Shown: positions 32,601 to 46,257 of the stretch, in pieces | Layout: each line of letters starts with the position of its first letter | Position numbering within the stretch: the stretch's first letter is position 1 | NCBI GenBank assembly: GCA_951406725.2 | Contig: OX597833.1 | Coordinates: 23,684,001-23,748,000, forward strand | From: Octopus vulgaris | Taxonomy: Eukaryota | Reading direction: 5' to 3' | DNA: 64,000 nucleotides | Program-made: the position numbers and the translations under genes | The notes under the pieces: generated by a model | Database searches by the model: none | What the model was told of the DNA's origin: nothing | Seen by the model: only the letters and a program-made list of their open reading frames with translations

Positions 32601-33290
32601 TTCCGCACAGCAGCCCTCCTACGTTCAGTAGAAATATTTTTGTGGTGTGTGTTGGTGTTGGTGTCTGTGGTGGCCATCCTGCATCTGTTGGTGGTGGCCT
32701 TATGTGGTGGTAGTTCCAGCTTTGTGCTTGTAGCCAGGTCAGCTGCTGAACAATTTTTTGTGCCATGCAGAAAAAAGATTGCTGTTCAGCTGCTGCCCTT
32801 CTCACATCTGGGTGAAGCTGGCCATTTGTTGGGTTATCGCGCACCACATCCGCATATCGTCTTTCAGGAGTGGTCAGTGCGCTTTTTTTCCTTCTTTTAT
32901 ATTTTTCTTTTTGTTCTCCCGAAGGGAGGGACCCCTGTCTCGCGTCCGTGCGGTTTTGGTAGGGCCTCTGATGTGCAAAGCGACAGTTCGCACCTTCGAC
33001 GCTGTACCAGCAGTCCCCCTTCAGGTAGAATTTGCAGATGTTTCTTTCTTTGCCCTTATAGTTCTTGCTGGGGTCCTTTTGTTTTCTCTGGACAGGGTTT
33101 CTTTTAGCTTTGATTTTGTTGCCTTTTACCTCCTGTTTCCCATAAATTTTAGGGTGCTTTTCTTTTCTTGCGGCCATCGCACCTCTTTGGTCTTCAGTCG
33201 TGGTATTGGGAGCTGGACATGTGTCATTGTTTCCCTGTGTTCTATATTTAAGTTTTTCTACAACAGCACCTTATGGTGTGTATAAGATAG
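29660..33290 (-). mobile_element. Older CR1-group LINE of a related subfamily (CCCH-APE-RT)
   Basis: ORF 32167-33177 has CKFYLKGDCWYSVEGANCRFAH in frame with the APE motifs. ORFs 31161-31874, 30877-31164 and 29904-30860 carry GVPQGTVLGP, YADD and SLERRRERY. The 3' end is gcggtggtgccccagcatggccgc. Confidence 0.93.
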
Positions 33291-34989
33291 GGGAGTGTAT
33301 AGTGAGAGAAAATAAAATGATTTTGGGTAGAATTGATAGTTGCTTCTGACTAGCTGTGATGTACCCTAGGGGAAACTGAAGTTAGGTTGATATACGTTAG
33401 GGGTGGATGAAGTATTTTGATGTCTACTTACTTGTCAGGTAGAATCAGTCAGTGTGATAGTGTGAATAAGTGGATGGGTATCTTACAGATACTGTTAATG
33501 GGGTGGGTGTGTTATAGGTAGGGGTAGATGTACAGTGGTGGGGATGATGGAGGTAGAGTGAGGGTGTTAGGAATATTGGAAATGGTAGGGTTAGTGGGGG
33601 TACTAGAGGTGGTGGTGGTTCAATGGTGCCATAGGTATTGTTGTCTGGTACTAAATCCTCTCATGGCGACACACCCTCGATACCAACCAGCTGACCGTTA
33701 CCATTAACAACAACATTATCATCTTGTTAATGTAGTTTCTGGCACAATCTGTATTATTGACTGACAATCAGTGGTGACATTAATACACACACACATACAC
33801 AGAGGGGTATGTGTGTGTATTGATACAGTTGCTTCTGAATAGTTGTGTTATTGTGCTATACTCCAGGGTATATCACAACTGTGATATGCTCCAAGGGTAG
33901 CTGAAGTTAGTTTGATATACGCAAGTGGTAACTGAAGTTAGGTTTATATACCCCTGGGGTATATATACCAACCTCTATGTGTTTGTGTGTATGCATGTGT
34001 GCACTTCTCTTTCTCTCTGTCTGTCTGTCTAATTACCTACCTACCTACTTACCTACCTACCTGTCAATCTATCTATTCAGTCCCCACCATTCTATGAACA
34101 CATTTTAGGGTAGTGAGGACTCTGTATCCTTAGAAGGGTCAGAGGTCACTTCAGTGATACTGGTGCCAAAATAAAACCCATCAAGGGACACTCTGTGAAG
34201 TGGTCGGAGATAGGAAGGACATGGCAGCAGCCGTAGAAAGCCAAGTTCAAAAGGAAACAAATGAATTGTTGTCTTCTGACTAAAATCTAATCATACAGTA
34301 TTGTTGTATAAGAACTGACTTGGATTGTGATGAGCTGTCCAACCCATGACAGCATGGGAAGCAGATGTTAAATAGTGATGATGATGATGATATATTTGTA
34401 TATGCAAATATAGATATACGTGTGTGGGCGTGTGTGTATATATATATGTGTGTGTGTTTATATGTATGCATGCATATATGTTTGTGTGTATATGTGTGTG
34501 TGTATGTATGCATGTATGTATATATGTATTGTATAAAATGACATATAAGCCATCAAGTTCGCTGGCAGCAAATATTGGCCCTGTGCCACCAAAGGTTCGC
34601 GTAAATTCTTCAATGGTTCATGTTTCTCCAAGATTACTAACAATCTACACAACATTCCCTTCTACTTCCTCTCTCTCTCTTACACAATCATCATCATCAT
34701 CATCATTTTTACATCTACTTTTCTATGCTTGCATGGGTTAGGTGGAATTAACTGAGGCAGATTTTCTACAGCCAGATGCCCTTCCTGTCACCAACCCTCA
34801 CCTGTTTCCAAGCAAGATAATATTCCCCCCCCCAGCCCAGACCAGACATGTCTTTGCAGAAGATTGGAATTGAATGACACTGCTTGTATGACAGTGACAC
34901 TCGTTTACAACTATCATGTGATGTCAACACAAGGAGACACTAACACACATACACACACACATGTATATGTATATGTGTGTGTGTGTGTG

Positions 34990-35160
34990 TGTGTGCATAT
35001 ATAGAACAGGCTTCTTTCAGTTTCTGTCTACCAAATTCATTCAAAGGCTTTGGTTAGACCCAGGTTATTTTAGAAGACACTAGCCCAAGGTGCCACACAG
35101 TGGGACTGAACCCAAAACCATGCGGTTCAGAAGCAAACTTCTTACCACTGTACACCATGA
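34990..35160 (-). mobile_element. CORE-type SINE 5' half
   Basis: Reverse complement of the head of the 23345 SINE. Confidence 0.65.
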
Positions 35161-36032
35161 CTATATATATATATATATACGAGTGAGTAGACAGCCGAAA
35201 GAATAGGGCACTCAACACATTTAGTAGGAGTTACATGTATTATTCAAAACAGTTTGATTCATACCCATAGAGTTTCGCAGAGCGCTGCACGAGTGTCTGA
35301 CTCATTCAGATTCTGGGTCACGTATGTGTGTATTATTTTGATCCCAGAATGTTTTTAATTAATCTTGAAAGTCTGTTTATAAGATGTTTTCTACAGCTTC
35401 ATAACAGAAATACTGTACATTACAATTGTGTGGTACCCAGGGGGTAGCCCCTGTGGGGTATATTGAGGGAATACAACTCAAACAGTGGCTTCTGAGTGGC
35501 TGTGGTTGGTTCAGATATACCCAAGCATACACACTGTATTAGCATAGTCTTATATATACCCTTACCCTCACACACATCATATTATGTATACATACATGTA
35601 TTATATACACACGACATATACACTCATATACTAAGTAGATACATATAAACATCACACACGCACATATATATATGTATTATTGATGTACATACATAAGTAT
35701 GCACACACATAAATACACACATACACACACGTATATATACATGCATGTATATACACCGTCATACATATACACATGTATATACACCAACTGTCACCCCTGT
35801 TTAGAAAGAGGGAAGTTTCACTTCAAACATCTTTGTCTATTTAGAGAAGGTGGGGGTGGGATGGGATGGGGTGAAGGTTGGTGATGTGGTGGTGGGTGTC
35901 TTGTTATGGGTTGCAGTGTGTATAGTGTGTATATACCTTCATCACATTCCATGTATGTTTATATGGTTTTAAGAATGTTTATGTATGTGACTATGTTTAT
36001 CAAAGGCTTCATAGTCTCTCTCTCTCTCTTTC

Positions 36033-36084
<52 letters not shown>

Positions 36085-36170
36085 TACATAATGCAAAGTA
36101 AAACAGTGAAAACAGTTTTAAAAAAGTAACACAAAGAACACAATACCATGATATATATACTGTATATATA

Positions 36171-39100
36171 TATGACAAAGCCATTAGTGCAAGGAGACAG
36201 GCCTGGAAAGCCTGGAGGGATGGGGATAGCAGGGAACTGTACCAGGTAGCCAAAAGGGAGGCTGGGCGGCAGGTATACATAGCCAAAGATGTAGCAGAAA
36301 AGAAGAAGTTTGCCAATGTCCAGCGACGTGAGGACCAAAGAGCTGAGGTATTTCGGATTGCCAGACAGTGTGTGAGAGAAAATAGTGATGTTACAGGAGA
36401 GAAATGTGTCCGCATGTATGATGGGGCACTTGCTTTTAATGTTGGTGAAAAGAAAGAGGCTTGGAGAAGCCATTATGAAAGACTGCTGAATGAGGAGAAT
36501 GAATGGGTCGCGCCAAGGGTGGGGCCTACTTTGATGATGAGCAGCGTCTGCTGTGACTGAACAGTCCAATTCTAGAGTGGCAGTCCCTGGTACAGTTGCT
36601 GCACACGAACATCGATGGGTACGTGTGGGGTGTTGCTGCAGTTGTCCTCCTCCTGTCCCGCCTGTCCGACCACAGCTGTGCTCTCCTTTCCTCAGCCATG
36701 GAAACGCCTTTCCTCACTGTCCGACGCCAGGCAGAGCGGTCAGCAGCTGTTACCTCCCACGTGTCCACACAGATGTTGGCAGTCCTCAGGTTGCGCTTGC
36801 ACACGTCCCTGTATCGTAGCTGTGGACGTCCCTTGGGTCGGGATCCCGTGGTGAGTTCGCTGTACAGGATGTCTTTAGGCATGCGACCGTCCTGCATGTG
36901 GCAGACGTGTCCGAGCCAGCGCAGTCGTCTCCGCACGAGGAGGGCATGCATGCTTGGCATATTAGTCTGTTCTAGGATGACTCCGTTTGGTACTCGGTCC
37001 TTCCAGGAGATGCCATATGTAATGGACAATTAAAATTAAAACAACAACAATCATGAGGACGTACATATAGAATGTATTGGATTCACACTCAGTATAAGAT
37101 GGAAAAAAAGTATATTTACGTTTCGAGCATGGCTCTTCGTCGGAAAGAGGAGAGAAAAAAATCTGGAGAGAATGGAAACAAATCCGTGGAACACGTGTGC
37201 CTACATGATGGATAATGGCGGAAATATCTATATATCTATCTATCTATCTATATATATATATACATATATATATACATATAGGAGGAGAGCCTGCCAAATG
37301 TTGACCCAGTAGAGGGACCAGCTATCCAAATAGACAGCTCCCTTGTAGTTAAGGCAATTAAGGGTATGAAACCAAGTAAAGCCCCCAGCCCATCAGGTAT
37401 CACTGCTGAGATGCTTAAAACAGCTGGTTATGTGGGCTATGGCCTAGTCACCCATATTGTTAACCAGGTAGTTCATAATGGAGTCATACCCAATGACTGG
37501 CGTAGCAGCACCATAGTCAACTGCTACAAGGGTAAGGGTGATGCTCTAGATAGAAATAACTACAGGGGTATTAAACTGTTGGATCAGGTGATGAAGGTCA
37601 CAGAGAGGGTCATAACCCATCTCATTAGGGAGAGAATTTGCTTAGATGAGATGCAGTTCAGTTTTGTGCCAGGTAGAAGCACCACTGATGCTATATTCCT
37701 GGTCCGACAACTGCAGAAGTACCTAGCTAAAGATAAACCCCTCTACATAGCTTTTGTGGACTTGGAGAAAGCCTTTGACAGGGTCCCCCGATCCCTTATC
37801 TGGTGGTCAATGCAGAAACTGGAGATTGACGAATGGCTAATAAGGGCTGTACAGGCTCTATACAGAGAGGCTGTCAGCAAGGTTAGGATTGGCAACGAAT
37901 ATAGTGAAGAATTCCGGGTAGAAGTAGGTGTACACCAAGGCTCAGCCCTCAGTCCCCTTTTATTCATCATAGTCCTCCAGGCAATAACAGAGGAATTCAA
38001 AACAGGATGCCCCTGGGAGCTCCTCTATGCTGATGACCTGGCTCTCATAGCAGAATCACTACCGGAACTAGAAAAGAAATTTCGGGTGTGGAAACAAGGG
38101 TTAGAATCAAAGGGCCTTAGAGTAAATGTAGCAAAGACCAAAGTTATAGTAAGCAGAAAGGCGAACTCAGCACACACCCCATCGGGCAGGTGGCCCTGCT
38201 TGATCTGTAGGAAAGGTGTAGGTAGAAACTCCATAAGATGCACCCAATGTAAGCTATGGACACATAAGAGGTGCAGCAACATCAAAGGGAAATTAACTGA
38301 TAAGATAGCTTTCATGTGCGGCAGATGCACAGGGACAATAGACACCACAGACACTCAGAAAACAGATTCCATCACACTCCAGGGGGAGAAACTAGAAGTA
38401 GTTGATAGTTTCCGCTACCTGGGTGACCAAGTTAGTAGTGGAGGTGGATGCTCAGAGAGTATCACCACTAGAATACGAATAGCCTGGGAAAAGTTCAGAA
38501 AGCTCCTACCCCTACTGGCGACAAAGGGTCTCTCGCTCAAAGCGAAAGGTAGATTGTATGATGCATGTGTGCGAACTGCCATGCTTCACGGTAGTGAAAC
38601 ATGGGCTGTGACTGCAGAGGACATGCGTAGACTTGAAAGAAATGAAGCTAGCATGATCCGCTGGATGTTTAATGTCAGTGTGAATGCACGACAGAGTGTA
38701 AGCACCCTGAGAGAAATGCTAGGCATAAGAAGCATCAGATGCGGTGTGCAAGAGCGACGCTTGCGATGGTATGGTCATGTACTGCGGATGGATGAGGAGA
38801 GATGTGTGAAGAAGTGCCACTCCCGAACAGTTGAAGGAATTAGGGGGAGAGGTAGACCCAGGAACACATGGGATGAGGTAGTCAAGCATGATCTCAGAGC
38901 GTTGGGCCTCACTGAGGCAATGGCGAAGGACCGAGATCTCTAGAGATATGCTGTGACTGCAAAGACCCGGGCTGCATCCTGCACCAGTTCCGCATAGCCC
39001 CTGCCCATTCAAAGTACCCTGGATCCCAAAACGTCCCGCTGTGCTTGAGGAGACCTGTTGAGTCAAGTACATGAACATCGAAATAAATATCAATGGAAAT

Positions 39101-39510
39101 AGTAGTTGTGATACCTGTGCCGGTGGCACATAAAATGCACCATCCGTACGTGGCCGTTGCCAGCAACGCCCCGACTGGCTTCTGTGCCGGTGGCACATAA
39201 AAAGCACCATCCGAACATGGCCAATGCCAGCCCCGCCTCGACTGGCTTCCGTGCCGGTGGCACATAAAAAGCACCAACCGATAGTGGCCGATGCCAGACC
39301 CCTCTGGCACCTGTGCAGGTGGCACGTAAAAAGCACCCACTACACTCGTGGAGTGGTTGGTGTTAGGAAGGGCATCCAGCTGTAGAAACACTGCCAGATC
39401 AGACTGGAGCCTGGTGCAGCCCCTGGCTTCCCAGACCCCGGTCGAACCGTCCAACCCGTGCTAGCGCAGAAAACGGACGTTAAACGATGATGATGATGAT
39501 GATAATGATG
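36171..39510 (+). mobile_element. 5'-truncated RTE-clade LINE with a PHD finger in the RT region, interrupted by an insertion at about 36507-37279
   Basis: 36171-36506 reads KEAWRSHYERLLNEENEW and resumes at 37280 with EESLPNVDPVEGP. ORF 37366-38943 has YKGKGD..NYRGIKLL, FVDLEKAFD, GVHQGSALSP, YADD, FRYLG, HGSETW and RLRWYGHV, GRGRP. The 3' UTR has gtgccggtggcac repeats and a (GAT)n tail. Confidence 0.95.
36507..37030 (-). mobile_element. 3' fragment of a BovB-like RTE with C-terminal C2H2 finger, nested in the RTE above
   Basis: ORF 36526-37029: ISWKDRVPN..RRLRWLGHV..RMPKDILYSEL..GRPQLRY..CSNCTRDCHSRIGLFSHSRRC. Confidence 0.9.
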
Positions 39511-39551
39511 ATACATACATAGATAGATATATACATATACATACATATATA

Positions 39552-40270
39552 CAAGGTGGTATCAAAGAGTTCCCAGACTAGTTCTGTAGTACACCAACAG
39601 ATGGCAGCACACGGTTGTGTGTGCAGGGAGAGCTAGCAGTGACCTTCATGAGGCCGTGTGCTGAGTGATATTGTTGTGTTTACTTCGCAAGTAGTGAAAT
39701 TTGTGTTTTTGTGATCACGTGTATGCAGTAGAATGCGATTTTGTCATGGACAGGAAAGAACATTGCGTCGATGTCTGTCAAGATCTCTGTCAGCATGCCG
39801 CTGATGACCCATCCTTCATGTCGAGGATCATCACCAGTGATGAGAGTTGGGTCTATGGGTGCGACCCTGAGACGAAGCAGCAGTTGTCACAATGGAAGAC
39901 TGGGTGCATTGTCATCGTGAAGAATTGGACTCTTCACGATGACAACACACCCAGTCACCAAGCTCTCCTCACTCGTGAGTTTCTTGCCAGATTTAGCACC
40001 TGCGGACTTCTATCTCTTCCCCAAGATGAAAATGCAGCTGAAAGGTCGCTGTTTTAACACCGTTGTCGAGATCCAGAGCGAATCGCAGAAGGTCCTCCAC
40101 TCGCTTACAGAAGATGACTTCCAAGCCGGATTCCAAAAGTGGCAGGAATGCTGGGACTGGTGTATTGCTGTGCAAGGTGACTATTTCGAAGGAAATGATG
40201 TTAAGACTTAGGTAAATAAGCTATATTTTATTATACATAACTAGTCCGGGAACCTTTTGATACCACCTTG
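39552..40270 (+). mobile_element. Internally deleted mariner element
   Basis: TIRs caaggtggtatcaaa..ttcc..gactagtt and aactagtccgggaaccttttgataccaccttg, with TA flanks. Motifs IITSDESWVY, LHDDNTPSH and PDLAPADFYLFPKMK. Confidence 0.92.
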
Positions 40271-41043
<773 letters not shown>

Positions 41044-41251
41044 AGAGTTAAGGTTAAAATCCCAACTGTAACCTCAAAGAAAACACATCTGCTAAAACCA
41101 AGATAGTGGAGTTGAATAAAAATAGATGAAAATGGATGATATTTGGTATTATTTATTCTCCATGACAAATGTTTCATTATCCAATAAAAGCAATAACTGT
41201 ACACAGACAGATAAAACAAATTATATTAGACAAATCTTCAGACAGAGAAAT

Positions 41252-41950
41252 AACATCATCATCATTTAACATCTATTTTCCATGTTGGCATGAATAGGAC
41301 AGTTCAACAAGATCCAGCAAGCAGCAGGACTGCATCGAGCTCCAATGTCAGCTTTGGCATGGTTTCTGCAGCTAGATGCCCTTCCTAACGTCATCCACTT
41401 TACAGTGTGTATTGGATGCATTTCTTGTGACACTGGCACTAGTGAGGTGACTAGTGCCAGTGTTACAAGTAAGTTGCAAGACAGGAAAAGAAAAGGAAAA
41501 ATCCCTCTTCACTAAGTGGGAAGAGTATTTGAGAAGAGGAGGTGTCTTTATGCCAAGTGTTGAGAGGCTAAAGTATAACAGAGAAACAATCACAGGTATC
41601 TTGCTATAGATGAAATGCATGGCTACCCCACTTTATATAAGGGTGGGTGAGAGTAATGCGGAAGGAGTCAAAGATGATAGTGATGGGGTGCCAGAGCAAA
41701 CTGTCAAGATACAAGAAGGTGAGCATAAGAAAGGATGGTGGATTGGATAGGAGCAGAGGGGGTAGTTTTATAAGAAGTAAGGTGAGAGATAGGGGTAGAG
41801 GTGAATGTAGTGAGTGATGAAGAAGAATGGAGGTGTGGTTGATGGGAAAGATCAGTATGGAGAAGGGGCAGGGTGAGAGAGAAGGGAGAGAGAGAGAGAG
41901 AGAGAGAGGAGTGGCTCAGGGATGGCAGATCAGGAAGTAGATATGAAAAC
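41252..41950 (-). mobile_element. Retroposon remnant with RTE-type tail
   Basis: (cat)n ttaacatctattttccatg...gatgcccttcctaac. Upstream segments resemble 42100-44610 in inverted orientation. Confidence 0.6.
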
Positions 41951-42156
41951 ATTCTCTGTAGAATGAGTAATCATGGGTAGCAGGAAATTGGTAGAGACCC
42001 TCTTGGCCAGGAACCAAATAAAATTAGCGAACAACTTGGGATGTGGGAGATATTGCAACCCCACCATCTGTATCATCTTTACTACTCCTGCTACTCGCTG
42101 CCCCCCTCTCATAACTCTTATCTCATCCTCCCTCCAACCCTATCCATTTTGGCAGT

Positions 42157-44195
42157 CTGCCCCCTCCCACCTCAGTCACCTTCCCATACAATCTTATAAA
42201 TCACCCACCCATCCACCCACTTCTGCTCAGCTTGTAACCTGTGGGGCCACCAGTCTGCTCCCTCCCACCTCATTCACCTTCCCATACAATCTTATAAATC
42301 ACCCACCCATCCACCCACTTCTGCTCAGCTTGTAACCCTTGGGGCCACCAGTCTGCTCCCTCCCACCTCATTCACCTTTCCATACAATCTTATAAATCAC
42401 CCACCCATCCACCCACTTCAGCTCAGCTTGTAACCTGTGGGGCCACCATTCTGTCCCTTCCCACTTCATTCACCTTTCCATACAATCTTATAAATCAGCC
42501 ACCAATCCACCCACTTCTGCTCAGCTTGTAACCCATGGGGCCACCATTCTGCCCCCTCCCACCCCATTCACCTTCCCATACAATCTTATAAATCACCCAC
42601 CCATCCACCCACTTCTGCTCAGCTTGTAACCCTTGGGGCCACCAGTCTGCCCCCTCCCACCTCATTCACCTTCCCATACAATCTTATAAATCACCCACCC
42701 ATCCACACACTTCAGCTCAGCTTGTAACCTGTGGGGCCACCAGTTTGTCCCCTCCCACCCTCATTCACCTTTCCATACAATCTTATAAATCACCCACCTA
42801 TCCACCCACTTCTGCTCAGCTTATAACCCATGGGGCCACCATTCTGCCCCCTCCCACCTCATTCACCTTTCCATACAATCTTATAAATCACCCACCCATC
42901 CACCCACTTCTGCTCAGCTTGTAACCCATGGGGCCACCAGTCTGCCCCCTCCCACCCCATTCACCTTCCCATACAATCTTATAAATCACCCACCCATCCA
43001 CCCACTTCTGCTCAGCTTGTAACCCATGGGGCCACCATTCTGCCCCCTCCCACCCCATTCACCTTTCCATACAATCTTATAAATCACCCACCCATCCACC
43101 CACTTCTGCTCAGCTTGTAACCCATGGGGCCACCAGTCTGCCCCCTCCCACCCCATTCACCTTTCCATACAATCTTATAAATCACCCACCCATCCACCCA
43201 CTTCTGCTCAGCTTGTAACCCATGGGGCCACCAGTCTGCCCCCTCCCACCCTCATTCACCTTTCCATACAATCTTATAAATCACCCACCCATCCACCCAT
43301 TTCTGCTCAGCTTGTAACCCATGGGACCACCAGTCTGCCCCCTCCCACCCCATTCACCTTTCCATACAATCTTATAAATCACCCACCCATCCACCCACTT
43401 CTGCTCAGCTTGTAACCCATGGGGCCACCAGTTTGCCCCCTCCCACCCCATTCACCTTTCCATACAATCTTATAAATCACCCACCCATCCACCCATTTCT
43501 GCTCAGCTTGTAACCCATGGGGCCACCATTCTGCCCCCTCCCACCCCATTCACCTTCCCATACAATCTTATAAATCACCCACCCATCCACCCACTTCTGC
43601 TCAGCTTGTAACCCATGGGGCCACCATTCTGCCCCCTCCCACCCTCATTCACCTTCCCATACAATCTTATAAATCACCCACCCATCCACCCACTTCTGCT
43701 CAGCTTGTAACCCATGGGGCCACCATTCTGCCCCCTCCCACCCTCATTCACCTTTCCCATACAATCTTATAAATCACCCACCCATCCACCCATTTCTGCT
43801 CAGCTTGTAACCCATGGGACCACCAGTCTGCCCCCTCCCACCCCATTCACCTTTCCATACAATCTTATAAATCACCCACCCATCCACCCATTTCTGCTCA
43901 GCTTGTAACCCATGGGGGCCACCATTCTGCCCCCTCCCACCCTCATTCACCTTTCCATACAATCTTATAAATCACCCACCCATCCACCCACTTCTGCTCA
44001 GCTTGTAACCCATGGGGCCACCATTCTGCCCCCTCCAACCTCATTCACCTTCCCATACAATCTTATAAATCACCCATCCATCCACCCATTCCTGCTCAGC
44101 TTGCCCCCTCCCACCCCATTCACCTTCCCATACAATCTTATAAATCACCCACCCATCCACCCACTTCTGCTCAGCTTGTAACCCGTGGGGCCACC
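42157..44195. repeat. 98-bp tandem satellite, about 21 copies
   Basis: Unit ttcaccttcccatacaatcttataaatcacccacccatccacccacttctgctcagcttgtaacccatggggccacca(g/t)tctgccccctcccaccccat. The period is 98 (42181 to 42279). Confidence 0.97.
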
Positions 44196-44199
44196 TGGG

Positions 44200-44612
44200 C
44201 ACTTATCATCATTATCTCTGTCTTGCAGGTCCTACTCGTCATTTTCTCTCCCCTACTAGATGTGAGTAGCCATGCAGACCCCTCTACAAGAACCTGTTCT
44301 TCCCACCACCCCACCTCTCATAGTAACCCCCTTTGTCCCCTAGCATGACGCTGACCCTCTTCCACCTCCCCCAGGGTTCACAGTCCTATGAACTGCATGG
44401 CAACCTCAATAGTGCAGGTGGCACAAAAAAAAAGCACCCAGTCCATGCAGTAAAGTGGTTGGTGTTGGGAAGAGCATCCAGCCATAGAAACTGCCAAAGC
44501 AGACAGTGGCGCATGATGCAGTCCTGGGACACTCAGATCCTGTCAAACAATCCAACCTATTCCAGCATGGAACATGGATGTTAAATGATGATGATGATGA
44601 TGATGATGATGA
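44200..44612 (+). mobile_element. 3' part of RTE-tailed retroposon hosting the satellite
   Basis: gtggcacaaaaaaaaagcacccag...gaagagcatccagccatagaaac...gttaaat followed by (gat)n. Confidence 0.7.
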
Positions 44613-45988
44613 TTAATGAATGATTGAATAACTAACACCTTGAGGCAGTAATAGGTTTGTCATTATTTACAACAGCTGATGAAATAAACTTGGTTCCAGT
44701 GATAAGGCTTGAACCCTGAACCAAAGGGTTGTTAATAAACCCCCAACTACAGCATCATGCTCCCTCCACCTCATTACTACCCATTCTATGTGGGGCTACT
44801 ATTGTTCTCTTATCTGCACACAAACCTTCAATAGATCCATTCTAATCCAAGCAATCCGATATCGGACTTAAACCAAACTACAATCACAGTCAGTCTTTAA
44901 TTTTCATCACTGATTCTTCAGAATAACTCACACACACACACACACACACACGCATGCACGCACACACACTCAAATATGTCTTTAGAAACACCTAAACAGT
45001 ACAGAGCCCTTCCAAACACATCTACACACATACATGTTCTACACACGCATATACACAGGAACACATTTGCACTCACACACAACTATATCTATACACAGGA
45101 ACACATTTGCACTCACACACAACTATATCTATACACACAAGACCATTGCTCCACCTTTTGTTTTGCATTATCACCTCCATATCTCTATCACATTCTTTCA
45201 TATAATACATACACACACACATACATGTGTGTGTGTGTGTGTGTGTTGATATAGACATACATACACCTGTATATAGAGATAAAGGATACATGTAGATGTG
45301 TGCAAACAAACACACAAATGTTATGAGGCATTAAAAATAGATGTTTACAAGTGTATATATGGAAATGCATATGTATAAACAGGTACACACACAAACACAT
45401 ATATATATATATATACACATATATGACAACATAAGTGCAGATATACTCTATATATATATATATATATATACATGTATATATATATACTACAATATAAACA
45501 CCCTATAAACTACACCATATAATATATACACTACTGTGTAGTGTATATATTATGTAGTGTGTATATATATATACACACACATATATATATGGATGTATAT
45601 TATCATTATCATCATATATATATATATATATGATGATGATTATATACACTCTTTACCCCCTCCCCCACTATGTACCATAAAGTCATTGTCTTCAACACAG
45701 TTTCATAATCTTTAACTCTGCATGTAATGATAAACATTGTCCATATAGCCTCTAACACCACCACCACTGCTATTGGTCTTTGATATACAAAAATAAGGAT
45801 GGTCATGGCTGGAACATCTTTCATCATAGGTCTGCCAGAACAAGGCTAACCTAGGGTTAAACAACACCACACATCCCTAACCCCTCCTCCACATATACAT
45901 ACAGCATTGAGCACTTCTTTCCTCTCTTCTCTGAGTGTTCACCACCAACGTCACCACCACCACCACCATCTAATTCCACAGCCTATAT

Positions 45989-46049
<61 letters not shown>

Positions 46050-46066
46050 GCTATATACATACATAC

Positions 46067-46099
<33 letters not shown>

Positions 46100-46224
46100 A
46101 CTATATTTGTGAAGTACCACCTCTTGGGATCAACTTTCAACCCTTCTTCCGACCTGTTCCTTGGTCTTCTTCTACACAGCTTCCTTCCACTTAGATCGCC
46201 AACCACTTCTTGCCTTCACACTCT

Positions 46225-46257
<33 letters not shown>

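Noticed and set aside
42157-44195. Regular repeat array as a CRISPR
   Set aside because: The units are contiguous and near-identical with no unique spacers, there are no cas genes, and the context is eukaryotic.
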